A stretch of 64,000 nt of DNA, from positions 1 through 64,000 of the forward strand of contig CAVQUB010000005.1 of assembly GCA_963716725.1 (NCBI GenBank), written 5' to 3'. Below the pieces are notes generated by a model. The model had not been told where the DNA came from and ran no database searches. It saw only the letters and a program-made list of their open reading frames with translations. Position numbers and translations under genes: made by a program. This DNA is from an uncultured delta proteobacterium (GTDB lineage: Bacteria; Myxococcota_A; Polyangia; Polyangiales; Polyangiaceae). This document shows, piece after piece, positions 10,129 to 20,423 of this stretch; position 1 is the stretch's first letter, and every line of letters begins with the position of its first letter.

Positions 10129-11308
10129 CCGCTCGTGCTCGACGGCGTGTACGTGCATCAGGACGACGACCCGAGCGCTCCGCTCGAGTTCCGCGAGCTC
10201 GACACGCCATCGCACGCCGACATCGCGGAGGTCGCGTCACGCACGGCGACACGCATCGAGAAGATCCTGCGCGCGCACGGACGGAGCCTCGACCCCGAGC
10301 TCGACGACGGCTCACCACCCGACCTCGCCCTCGACGAGCCCGGCCTCGCTGCCTGCTACGCCGCTGCGGCCCGGGGCATCTCGGTCAGCGGAGACCGCGC
10401 CGGCCAGCCGCCGCTCCGACTCATCGCGTCGCCGGAGCCACCCGCGCGCCCTCGCGCCGTCGACGCGACCGACCAGCCCATCGTCGACGCGACCGACCAG
10501 CCCATCGCCGAGGTCCGCGGCATCAACATCCACGCCGTGCAGGTCGTGGACGGCCGGGATCGCCGGAGAGTGGAGCGGCTCTGCAAGTACATTACACGCC
10601 CTCCCGTCGCGCAGGACCGCCTCGAGCGCCGCGCGGACGGCAAGCTCGAGCTCGGCTTCAAGCGGGCGTGGCGGGACGGCACGCGCGCGCTCGTGTTCGA
10701 GCCCGCGGACATCATCCCGCGTCTGGTCGCCGCGGTGCCGCCGCCACGATTCCATTTGCTCCGCTACTTCGGCGTCTTGTCGAGCCACTCTTCGCGGCGC
10801 CGGCTCGTCGTCCCGACGCCCACGCGCGACGCGACCGCGAACAAGCCCCCTCCCGCGCGCGGCGATCAGCTCGAGCTGCTCGGCGAGCGGGACGACGCGC
10901 CGGCGCCGCGCAACCGCTGGGCGTGGCTGCTCGCGCATGTCTTCGCCGCCGACGTCGAGACCTGCCCGCGCTGCTCGGGTCCGATGCGCTGGGCCGAGCT
11001 CGCCAAGACGCGCGCGGAGAGCACCCGCTTGCTCGCGGAGCATGGCCTCGGGCCGCGAGCGCCACCGGTCGAGCACGCGAAGGTGCGCGTGCCCGAGCAG
11101 TTGATGTTGGGGTTCGGGGAGGGGTGAGGCGTCGGTGAGCGCCTCGCCGAGGGCGGAGCTGTGTCCTGCGCCGGGCGCGACGCGGAGAAGCTCTGCCGAA
11201 CGGCGCCTTTCGGCCGCCCCGCAGGGGTTCGTGGGCAGCACTCGACCCGACCATCGACGCCGCGTACCCTTCGACTCGGTGGAATTTGGCAGTTCGATTG
11301 CCTTACGC
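10129..11308 (+). mobile_element. IS91/ISCR-family (HUH Y2-type) transposase 3' relic with an oriIS-like end
   Basis: LVLDGVY, ERLCKYITRPPVA..RL, LKR.WRDGT-like, RLVAAVPPPRFHLLRYFGVL, CPRC. End motif GCAGTTCGATTGCCTTACGC (11289-11308) resembles ISCR oriIS. 24-bp tandem duplication at ~10459-10506. Confidence 0.85.
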
Positions 11309-11524
11309 GCCGCTTGTCGTGTGGCCTTTCGTCATCGCGACGATCTCCGCGAAGTCGAGATCGAAGGTCAGCACCGCGCGACCCCCTGCAACGGCCTTCG
11401 CGAAGATATCGCCATTTGGAAGCCGATGGAGCCCCTGGTCACCGAGATGGATTACGTCGTCACCGCGGTCGCGAAGCCATTGGACGACCCGGTGGCTCAC
11501 GCCCATGTCCGCCAAGAAGCGCAC
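11303..11524 (-). pseudogene. DUF5615-type PIN-like toxin, 3'-truncated at the ISCR end
   Basis: MRFLADM..S....WLR..G.DV.H...L...D..IF......R.VLTFDLDF pattern; ends after 73 aa at the element junction. Confidence 0.7.
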
Positions 11525-11527
11525 GCG

Positions 11528-11752
11528 CTACTCCGCTGAATGGACTTCCTCGGTCGTGAGCCAAGCGGCGTATTCGAGTGCCTGAGTCACGTCGGTCGGC
11601 TCCAGGTCCGGGTGGTCCGCGAGGACCTCGTCGACGCTCGCCCCGTGAGCGACTGCACCGACGACGATGGAGACGGGGATTCTCATCCCACGGATGCAGG
11701 CTCGTCCACCGAGTATCGCTGGGTCGAAGGTGATTCGATCGAACGGACCCAT
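11528..11752 (-). CDS. DUF433-family antitoxin
   Basis: RITFDPAILGGRACIRGMRIPV...EVLADHPDL...DV.QALEYA; directly upstream of the PIN-like gene. Confidence 0.85.
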   Translation of the reverse strand: MGPFDRITFDPAILGGRACIRGMRIPVSIVVGAVAHGASVDEVLADHPDLEPTDVTQALEYAAWLTTEEVHSAE

Positions 11753-11808
11753 GACCGCAGTCTACGCCGTTTTGAACCGGCGTGCCCGCGGCTCGCAAGT
11801 CCCCAGAC

Positions 11809-11978
11809 TCACTCCGAGCAACCCAGCCCGAGCGGCCCCGCCGTGAGCAGATACTTCGGCGACGGACACGACTTCACGCACACCGGCAAGCTGCAACCCG
11901 CGCTGCCGCGCGGCACCACGTAGGTGCAGCCGCCGGCGCCGCAGCCGTGTTTGACGCCGGTGGAGGCGTCTTGGCCGA
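11809..11978 (-). repeat. Duplicated 3' end (170 nt) of the C1 peptidase gene at 35609-37225
   Basis: Encodes GQDASTGVKHGCGAGGCTYVVPRG...GLGCSE*, matching 35609-35778. Confidence 0.9.
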
Positions 11979-12218
11979 TTTTCCTGCCTCCCCTCGCGTC
12001 GCTTCGCTCCGCGGTCCCCTCCTTACCCGGCGCGCGCGAGCGGTGGCGTCTGGCCAAGACCACTCACGTCCGTTCCGATGCTCGTGCGCGCGCGGGTGGA
12101 GGGGACGCCGACATCGCGCTCGCTAGCGTGTCGGGCCGATGCCCGCGCGCGCGCGGGTGGAGTGGCGATCGCCACTGGCGAAAGCGTGTTCGCCACCCCT
12201 CAGCATCGTCCAAGCGCC
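11979..12218. repeat. Structured intergenic element E2, copy a
   Basis: Repeated at 16715-16952. Hairpin CGCG-TCGC-TTC-GCTC-CGCG, long GTCCCCTCC...GGAGGGGAC stem, palindrome GTGGCGATCGCCAC. Confidence 0.8.
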
Positions 12219-12651
12219 CGCCCGTCCCGCCTCGCACCTGCTCGCGCCCCGCCGTGGGGGGCACTTGTAGGACCTACGGGCCCGTGCTTGCAGCCCGCGC
12301 CTCGCGGAGCGAACAGGAACCGTGCTGCGCGTCGCTCATGCGGTCCGCTGCGCCGGCAGGGGAAGGTGCGGGCCGGAAAATCGAAACGTCGACGAGCGCT
12401 GAGCATGCTCGTCGGCGCTGCGACCTGTGCTGTCGCAGGCCGCGGGCTGGGCGGCGGGGCGTGAAGGTCGAGCGATGGGCGGTGAATCAGAATGACACGA
12501 GCACGTGCTTGCACGACTGGCAGCTGTCGCCCGTCGTAGGGGCGCAGCGGGCGCGCCTCGACGTGTGTGATGTCGGGGTCAGCGTGTGCGTGTGCGCTGA
12601 TTCGTACCTTGACGACCCCGACCTCCTTCGTGTTGATTCAGCTCTGGGGCG

Positions 12652-15600
12652 TTGGCTGCGCGGGAGGTGGATGATGGCGCAAGGACGAGACGGCTGGGGG
12701 ACTGCCATCGCATTGAAGTTGGCACGCGGCTCGCAGGGGGGGCACGCCGCGCGGCGATAGCGCTGCTCGCCCTGCTGGCCTTCGGCGCACCCACGGCGTG
12801 CTCATCGCCTGACGGGCCGATGGAGAGTCCGCGCTCGAACACAGTCTCCGAGGTGATCTGGGGCAACGCCAACCTGAAGAACTTCGAGAACGTGTCGAGC
12901 CTGGCCCACCAGAATTCGGCACGGCGGTCGGGCTGATGGCGAACCGATCCCAGCTGAACTCGACGGCCTTCAACTGTCCCGTGCCTCCGACGGCCACCGA
13001 TTGCACTTGGATCATGTCCACGACGCCATCGGGGCTCTGCGCGGGCGAGTTCTTCAGCTCGGAACGGGTGATGCCCGTGGCCTGCACGGCGTTCATGATC
13101 GGACCCGATCGATTCGCGACCGCCGCGCACTGCATGACCGATCTGGTGTTTCCATGGAACGGCTGGAATCAAGAATGCGCGGAGCGGTCGGTGGTGATGC
13201 GGTGGCGCACGAGCGGCTCGAGCTTTCCCGACGGAAACCCGAACATTTTTTCACGCCACATCTACTTCTGCGATGCGGTTCTCGATCACGGTCCGGTCGC
13301 GCTGCCCACGACCAGCGGGCTGCCCAACGATTGGGTGGTCTTCCGAGTGGATCGTCCGGTGAGCGGCGGCACCGGCACTGGCGGCCCGCTGACCGCGGCC
13401 CGCGAACCGCTGTTCCCAGCTAGTGCGCCGGTCGCGCCCTCGCAGAACAACCTGATTTGGACGCACAATTTTGGCCTTCCACTCAAGCTCGACAATCAGG
13501 TCAACATTGCGAGCGTCGGCCAGGTGCTGGTGAACGGCGGGGGACCCGGAACGTTCACCGTCGAGGCCGATCTGCTGCCTGGGTCCAGTGGCGCTCCGGT
13601 GCTGACGCCCTCCGGGGCGGCGCTCGGAATGGTCATCTCTGGGCCGAAAGAGGTGCTCGGCCCCGGTGGCTGCACGCAGGACTGTTTTCCAACCGGGCAA
13701 GGTGCGCCGACGTGCCCGGGCAGCGGCGACCATCGTTCGGTCGGCCTCGACCTGAAGCAGCTTCCGCGGAAATGGCTGCCCGTCGCCTATGACTACGACT
13801 TGGACGGGATCCGCGACGACTTCCTGGCGTTCTTCGAGGACCAAGGCACGCTGTGGATCAACATCTACATCGATGGTGCGTTCCTTGTGTCGTTCGACAC
13901 TCTGCTCCCCGTCTCACAGCAGCAGGCGGACAAGTTCTCGTTCGTTCCGCTGGGCGACTTCGACAACGACGGCGTTGAAGATTTCGTCGTGGTCGCTGGG
14001 GCGCAGGCCATCTTCTTCGATGTGAATCTGGGCGGCTCCGTCTTCCCCCTGCTCGTCGGGACCTACGTCGAGTACTCGACCGGGGACGCCGACAAGGACG
14101 GCTTCATCGATCTGGAGCTGATCAGAGAGGACGGGACGCGAGACTTGTACTTCGGTGGTGCGAACGGACCCGTCAACAAAGGCGTGCCGCTCTCGGGCTT
14201 CCCGTCGGCGGATGGCGATGATGGCCGGTTCGTGACGGTGACGGGGCAACCTTTCGCAACCGTACCCAATCAGCGCACTCGTTTTCTCATCGGCGTACCC
14301 GCCGGCCAAAGCGCCGTCACCGTTCAGGTCTTCGACGGTGACCAGACGCTTGGAAGCCTGTACGACACCGGCAACAACGCCGGCACCCGCACGTGCTACG
14401 AGCTCTACAGCTCCAAGGACAAGGCCACCCCCGAAACGCTGCTACCGGCCACGGTGGTCGAGGACGCTGCGCTGCCCGACGCGTCCTGGGGAAAGATATA
14501 CGCTGGACCGGTCTTCGGTACTGCGAGCGGAAGCGGGGCGCATTTCTACATTCTCGACGTGTACCTGACCCAGGCGGCCTGCGGGCAGCCCGTCATTCCG
14601 GTCACCGCCGGGCTCACCAACAGCTTCAAGGTGCGCGCTACGGGTCAAGTCAGCACGATCGCCAATGACTTCGCGTTCATCGCGCGCGATCTCGCCGGCC
14701 CCTTCGCCGTGGGTCCGCTCGCCGACACCGCGATGCTGGACACCAAGTACGACGGAGTATTTCGGTTCTTCGTGGACGTCGGGACCGCGTCCGTTTCGAT
14801 GACGCTCCGGGATGCCGACGCCGACATCCTGGTGGACGACGATCCTGCGGTCGTGGGTCAACGCGGGCCGCTGGATGTGAAGTCCAACGGCGTGGCCACC
14901 GGCGCCAGCGCAGAATCTTCGCTACGACGTGCGGAACCCCTCGGGGGCGGTCGTCCTCACCAACACGAACCCGTCGGGAAACAACGACGGGGTGACGGTC
15001 TTCGACGAGGAGCAGTTGAAGGTCACGGTCCAGGGTGTGCCTGGCGCGTGGGAATGGCGATGGCAGAACCTTCGCGTCCAGAACAACGTCCGCATTTGGG
15101 CCCCGGTGGGCTCTCCGGTCACATACGAGGTCTTCGGCCAGCCCACCCGGCGGCTCAGCCCGAGCGGAGCGGTCCCCGTCGATCAGTGGATCTCGGCTGA
15201 CGTGAGTTCGTTCTTGCCGATCACCGTTGGTGGCATTTCGGTGGCATCAGCATCGGGGGCAACGGCCATGCTCAGTGGCACCGCTCCCGAGCTTGGCGGC
15301 GCGAACGGCTCGCACGCGGCCGTGTGCCATCTGCCGCCAGGCAAGCAGGGGGCCAAAGCCAAGCTGCTCGTCGTCGGGGCTCCCGCACTGTCGGCGCATC
15401 TGGCCCACGGCGACACCATCGGCCCCGCGCGAGTGATGGCCGACCTCCACGCCGAGTTGTTGGCGGCGAAGCTCAACGTCATCGCGCGAGCTGCGGCCGG
15501 CGAAGACCTGGCGGGCGCGTTCGTGTATACGCGCGACAGCTCGGTCGCTGACGTCATTGCAGGCGCGGAAACTCTGCTCGTCGGCCAGCGCGCTTGCACA

Positions 15601-15765
15601 TGGAACGTAGCGGACTCAGCCCACGCGGCTGACCTCCTGGCTCTTCTGCGGGCCATCAACGCCGCGGAGGTCACGTTCTTCAAGACCACCGCGCCCGCAG
15701 CGCCGGCCGCGACCGGAAAGCAGTCCTCGAAGCCCCAGCCCACCCAACAGCTCCTCGGGCTCTGA
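12652..15765 (+). CDS. Large secreted trypsin-like serine protease, split by two frameshifts (~12908 and ~14920)
   Basis: Lipoprotein-like N-terminus; TAAHC...DWVVF...GSSGAP catalytic motifs; GDFDNDG/GDADKDG FG-GAP-like repeats; C-terminal VCHLPPG...AHLAHGD motif. Three consecutive ORFs join by single-base shifts; start uncertain. Confidence 0.65.
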
Positions 15766-15770
15766 CGGCG

Positions 15771-16400
15771 ATGAGCATCCGCGGTGCTTTCTCGGCCGCG
15801 ACGCGTAGCGTCTGCTTGGCCACGCTCGGCGCCGCGATGGCCGTGACGTGTCGTGCGCCCTCAGGTCAATCCCAAGGCGTTGCGACGCCTCGGGTCGAGC
15901 CCAGCAACCTCGGACTGCCGGAAGCGGGCGCCCGAGCGTCCGATGGGGGCGTCAATGACGCGACGATCGCTCCAGAGAGCCCCGAGGAAGTGCCAATCGA
16001 GCGCTTGATAGTGGAGGCAGCGGCCTACTTCGGACGGCGAGTCACCACCGCCGGTTGGGTGGTGTCGTGCGACGCACCGATCAGTTGCAAGATGATCAAG
16101 TGCGGGAGCTGCGGCTCATGCACGAGTCGTGCGGTCTTCGTGCCACCTGGCACCGTGGGGATGCCGCCCTGCGAACGTAACGAGAGTTCGCTCATCATCA
16201 TGGACCCACAGACGCTGAACGAGTTTTTGTGCCATGACTTCGACTGCCAAAACAACTGCGAACGGGTCTGTCCGTTCCCCAAGGAAACCCCCGTCCGCCT
16301 GACGGGGACGATCCAACGCGCCACCTCGGCCCAAATCGGAGCTGCTCATGAGCAGTTCGTATTCGTTCCGGATCCGCCGCCCAGAACGAGAGGCAACTGA
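15771..16400 (+). CDS. Cys-rich secreted hypothetical protein
   Basis: 209 aa with signal-like N-terminus; directly follows the protease gene; its 3' end is duplicated at 35336-35492. Confidence 0.6.
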   Translation: MSIRGAFSAATRSVCLATLGAAMAVTCRAPSGQSQGVATPRVEPSNLGLPEAGARASDGGVNDATIAPESPEEVPIERLIVEAAAYFGRRVTTAGWVVSCDAPISCKMIKCGSCGSCTSRAVFVPPGTVGMPPCERNESSLIIMDPQTLNEFLCHDFDCQNNCERVCPFPKETPVRLTGTIQRATSAQIGAAHEQFVFVPDPPPRTRGN

Positions 16401-16714
16401 CGTAGCGGGCGTGCCCGTGCGTGCGTGCAGCGTTTGCCGATGAGCGCGCAGTGGCGCTCATGGGGGAGGCTCGATGCGCAAACACCCCCCCCCGCCTCCG
16501 CGCTCCGAGCCCCGCGACTACTCCGAGCAACCGAGCCCAAGCGGTCCCGCCGTCAGCAAGTACTTCGGGCTAGGGCACGACTTCACGCACACGGGCAAAC
16601 TGCAACCCGCGCTGCCGCGTGGCACCACGTAGGTGCAGCCGCCGGCGCCGCAGCCGTGTTTGACGCCGGTGGAGGCGTCTTGGCCGAAGCCTTGTTTCGG
16701 AGCGGTCACGCAGA
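16244..16714. repeat. ~470-nt direct repeat of 35336-35805
   Basis: Holds the 3' end of 15771-16400, the intergenic region and a 197-nt 3' end of the C1 peptidase gene (16518-16714). Confidence 0.9.
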
Positions 16715-16952
16715 TTTTCCTGCCTCCCCTCGCGTCGCTCCACTCCGCGGTCCCCTCCTTACCCGGCGCGCGCGAGCGGTGGCGTCTGGCCAAGACCACT
16801 CACGTCCGTTCCGATGCTCGCGCGCGCGCGGGTGGAGGGGACGCGTTGTTCCGGTTCGACGCCGATGGATGTGGAGCTCTCGGTCAGCGGGTGGGGTGGC
16901 GATCGCCACTGGCGAAAGCGTGTTCGCTACCCCTCCGCATCGTCCAAGTGCC
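16715..16952. repeat. Structured intergenic element E2, copy b
   Basis: Direct repeat of 11979-12218, divergent only in the middle. Confidence 0.8.
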
Positions 16953-17363
16953 GGTCTACCGCCGCCGACACGGTGACACGAAAGCCCGACATACTGATGC
17001 CCACATCTACTTCTCGTCCGTCCGCTTTCGTGCCCCCTGTCGCCAGGATGCGACCGTATCGGTACCAATCGAGAAGCAGGTCGAACCGCATGCCGGACGG
17101 AGCGCCCCGTCAGTACCCCCACCCCCCCGCCGATCGAGTAACCCAAGTACGGTCCGCGCTCGACGGTGCACTCGCCGCCCGCCTGCGCACATGCGTCCTG
17201 CATTGCGTAGCGAGCCTCTTCGAGGTCGCCGCCAGGGAACAGCGTGAGCCAGCGTGAGCAGTCCGGCTTGACCGAGCAGCGTGAACGCCGTCGCGCCCGC
17301 CTCTCCCGTAGTCGGTGAGCCGTCGTCGGGTTGACTCCATAAGCTAATAGCTTACCATGACGC

Positions 17364-17654
17364 ATGCGTTTCGAGTGGGACCCGGACAAGGCAGCCCGGA
17401 ACGAACGCATCCACGGTGTTTCGTTCGAGGAAGCGCGCGAGCTGTTCACGACCGACGCCCCCGTACTGGAGGTGTACGATGTTGACCGTAGCGAGAGCGA
17501 GGACCGGTTCAAGTCCATCGGTCCGGTCATGCGCGGCTTGGTGTTGGTCGTGTGGACAGAGCGGTCGGATGATCTAGTTCGAATCATCAGCGCATGGTTG
17601 GCGACTACGTCGGAGCAGCAGCTGTACGCCGAATACCTGGAGAATGTGCCATGA
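17364..17654 (+). CDS. brnT: BrnT-family toxin
   Basis: MRFEWDPDKA..N...HGVSFEEA.ELF...SESEDRF..IG...VVWTER...RIISA. Confidence 0.9.
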   Translation: MRFEWDPDKAARNERIHGVSFEEARELFTTDAPVLEVYDVDRSESEDRFKSIGPVMRGLVLVVWTERSDDLVRIISAWLATTSEQQLYAEYLENVP

Positions 17655-17938
17655 GTGATCGAGAAGAACTGACGCGAGAGCAACTGGGTCGAGCGCTGAC
17701 TCGGGCACAGCGCAAACGCATCATGGCGGGCAAGCTCGAGCCTGGCGATGTTGCGGCGTTGCGAAAATTTGTCTGTCTGACGCAGGAGCGATTCGCGGAA
17801 GCGTTGGGCATCAGCGTGCACACGTTGCGCAATTGGGAGCAGGATCGAGTGCAGCCCGACGGCCCCGGCCTCGCCTTGCTACGCATCGCGGCCCGCCACC
17901 CACGAATCGTACGCGAAAACGTCAATTCCGCTGCTTAG
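17651..17938 (+). CDS. XRE/HTH antitoxin
   Basis: LTQERFAEALGISVHTLRNWEQDR..P.GP..ALL; ATGA overlap with brnT. Confidence 0.85.
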   Translation: MSDREELTREQLGRALTRAQRKRIMAGKLEPGDVAALRKFVCLTQERFAEALGISVHTLRNWEQDRVQPDGPGLALLRIAARHPRIVRENVNSAA

Positions 17939-18288
17939 CCGCGCGCAGACGAGATCGCTCAGCCCCAGCAATCGTGGCGCGGGCACTCCGGCGGCGCGCC
18001 GACGACTTCAAGCCGGGCCAGTGGATGACCGACGCGAACGTCTGGAGCGGGAACCCCCCCCCCAGCGACAAGCCGAACCTGGAGAACGCCTACGCGCGGC
18101 GCACGTTCTACTTCGACGTCAGCGGGTCGGGCATCACGAACGGTCCCGGCTGTCCGTGAACCAGTCGGGCAGGTCAGCAGCCCGCCGACTCGTTCTTGCC
18201 CAGTCAATGGTTCGGCCCTCCGACGCGGTGCGCGCTCGATTCGCGGCCGCCCTCGCCCGGCTTGGTGCCGCCGGGCCACCCACTCGGT

Positions 18289-18831
18289 CTACTGATCCGC
18301 GGCGTCCGGGGCCGCAGCGTCGCCACACCAGACGTAGCGTGGAGGGCATCCGCCATCCCATAACGTCGGAGTGCCTCCTTTGCCGAGCGTCGGCAGACAA
18401 AGTCGCGGGCCCGAGGCAAGGCACTGCGCGTCGGGACATCCCAGGCAGGCACAGACCTGGTCTCGAGTCGCGAAACAGGGCGAGCTGGAGCCCTTGACCA
18501 GCCACTTGCACGCGGCGTCCGTCGCCTCGGCGTCGGTCACACAAGCAAAGACGATCGGAGCTGCGTCGGCGGCGTCCGCGGAGTCGGCGGCGTCCGCAGA
18601 GTCGACGAGGTCTTCGATCACGTCGTCCGCGGACTCCGCGTTCCCATCCCCCGCGCCCTCACTCGCCACGTCGCCCTCGCCCTCGCCCTCGCCCTCGCCC
18701 GCATCGACGGTGTGCGGCGCGGCACCTTCGTACGCGGGCGCAGCCGGCGTATGGCTTGCCGACTCACTCACGTTGTCGAGCTCCGCGCACGCAGCGAGCA
18801 CCAATGCCAGGGTGAACCAGCGACCCCACAC
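18289..18831 (-). CDS. Cys-rich lipoprotein with an acidic linker
   Basis: GTG start, lipobox LAAC, GEGEGE and DAADSA repeats, Cys-rich C-terminal part. Confidence 0.55.
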   Translation of the reverse strand: MWGRWFTLALVLAACAELDNVSESASHTPAAPAYEGAAPHTVDAGEGEGEGEGDVASEGAGDGNAESADDVIEDLVDSADAADSADAADAAPIVFACVTDAEATDAACKWLVKGSSSPCFATRDQVCACLGCPDAQCLASGPRLCLPTLGKGGTPTLWDGGCPPRYVWCGDAAAPDAADQ

Positions 18832-18919
18832 GCGAGAACTGTAGCATTTCGCGCCGCGCAGTGGGCAGGAGCCATTGGCGGCGGGCGCGCACGGACAGCT
18901 TGGTGCGGTTGTGCGCGCG

Positions 18920-19130
18920 CGCTGGGTGACGTTCGCCGAGCACGACGAGCCTGGGACGACCCTTGGAAGTACCCGGGGGGGTAAGTCCCAGAAGTGGGAG
19001 GAGGTGGTCGAGGCACTCACGACGGACACTCCCAATGAATCGTTCACAGAAAGCGTTCGCCTTCGTCGCCCGCACAGGCGTTTTCAACACCCTCGTGCCG
19101 ACGCCGCGCGCGACGCGGTCGAACTTTCGG
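18920..19130 (-). pseudogene. rve/integrase-core transposase remnant carrying a nested 54-nt insertion
   Basis: VLKTPVRA.KANAFCERFIGSVRRECLDHL...VLGERH. Confidence 0.7.
18945..18998 (+). repeat. 27-nt mini-element, type A nested inside type A (54 nt)
   Basis: ACGAGCCTGGG[ACGACCCTTGGAAGTACCCGGGGGGGT]AAGTCCCAGAAGTGGG. Confidence 0.8.
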
Positions 19131-19410
19131 TCGCGTTGGTTGATCGAGGAGTATTTCAAGGCTCTCAAAACTGGCTGCGACATCGAGAAGCGTCAACTCG
19201 AGAGCTGCAGCACGCTCCTCGTGGCGCTCGGTGTCTTCGTGCCTATCGCGTGGGGTCTGCTCCGCTTGCGTGCGCTCTCCAGAACGGCGCCCGACACCCC
19301 GGCAAATCGAGTCCCCACTCCAACGCAGCTCGACCTGCTTCGGCGGCACCCCAAGGCAAAGATGTCTTCGACCGCGAGCGTGCGCGAAGCGCTGCTCGCA
19401 GTCGCCCCAA
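19130..19410 (+). pseudogene. IS4-family transposase C-terminal remnant
   Basis: RSRWLIEEYFKALKTGC.IEKRQLES, homologous to the C-terminus of 32545-33954. Confidence 0.75.
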
Positions 19411-19463
19411 GCAGCCCAATCGACAGCGGAACCCCGGCTTTTGGCCGTGATACTTTCCGGGTC

Positions 19464-19916
19464 ATGGGTAGACTTGGGCTGGCTCTCCTCGGCATCCTCG
19501 CTCTTGGCTGTACGACGCCACCCCAGGTGCAGATTGCACCAATGGTTTCGGAGGCGCGGGCGAACCAACTGAGTGCGATCGCCCACTACAAAGACGAACG
19601 ATTGGAGGTCACCGGGGTCGTCGTTATTGCCGGCGTTCGCAACGTAGATCGATTCGTCGGCAGCCCGGGGTACGGGAGTTGGACCGTTTCACGCGAGAAC
19701 GTTCAGCACCCATACCTGGAGCTGAGCGATCCCGCAGATGCAACGGGGACCGCTCGGCTCGTCTGCTACTTCCAGCCGAGCATGCTCGAGGAAATTGCCC
19801 CATACACCGCGGGCAGGGCGGTTACGGTCGTGGGGAAGTTTCAGGAATTCACGCCGGGCAGCATGTCCGTCGTCTTGAACTCGTGCCGGCTGCGCGACGG
19901 CGAGTCAGCTCATTGA
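19464..19916 (+). CDS. Putative OB-fold lipoprotein
   Basis: Lipobox ALGC; AN...A...YKD.RLEVTGVV...CYF...G..VTVVG.......V.L.SC pattern. Confidence 0.65.
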   Translation: MGRLGLALLGILALGCTTPPQVQIAPMVSEARANQLSAIAHYKDERLEVTGVVVIAGVRNVDRFVGSPGYGSWTVSRENVQHPYLELSDPADATGTARLVCYFQPSMLEEIAPYTAGRAVTVVGKFQEFTPGSMSVVLNSCRLRDGESAH

Positions 19917-20091
19917 TGTGCGCGTGCCGGCTGGATGATGGCGATGCCCGCCAGCTGCTCGATGGGCGCCACAACGGCGCAGGCACTGCGCGCGGCGTGA
20001 TGCGCCTCGGGCCGCGCGCCTCCGTCTGGCCGGGGGCGATGGCCATCACGGCGGCGCCGGCCGATGCGACGCCGCCGTCGGGACGCCGTGG

Positions 20092-20420
20092 TCAGTCGAA
20101 GCGCACCACGCTCGGTGCTGCTGGTTGCGGCGACTGCGAGGGCAGTGCGAATTCCCGGTCGACATCCTCGCTTGGAATTTCGAGCAAATACATGAGAAAG
20201 AGACTGATCTCTCGCAGTCGTGCAACCGCGCCATCCCACGCTCGTTCGAAGCTTCCAGGCATTGCCGGGACGATCGTCGCGAGATTCGCGCTGATCGGGG
20301 CCCGTGTGTGGTCCAGGGTGGCTAGGCACGTGCTGATCAGATGGTAGCCGGCCTCGACTGTCCGGCGAAGTGCCTCGCTTTGCTCTTCCGTCTCGTACGC
20401 AGCGACGAAGACGTTGATCT
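20092..20420 (-). pseudogene. 5'-truncated hypothetical gene cut by the ISCR relic
   Basis: Open frame NVFVAAYETEEQSEALRR...VVRFD* with no clear start, abutting the transposase relic. Confidence 0.35.
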
Positions 20421-20423
20421 CCA

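Noticed and set aside
16390..16445. Integron attC site (GGCAAC...GTTTGCC hairpin, also near 35483)
   Set aside because: Does not fit the RYYYAAC/GTTRRRY boxes and there is no integron integrase; more likely a terminator-like hairpin between convergent genes.
17960..18159. Small gene ending ...RRTFYFDVSGSGITNGPGCP*
   Set aside because: Looks like an orphan 3' fragment with coding-like codons, but there is no start and no recognisable family.
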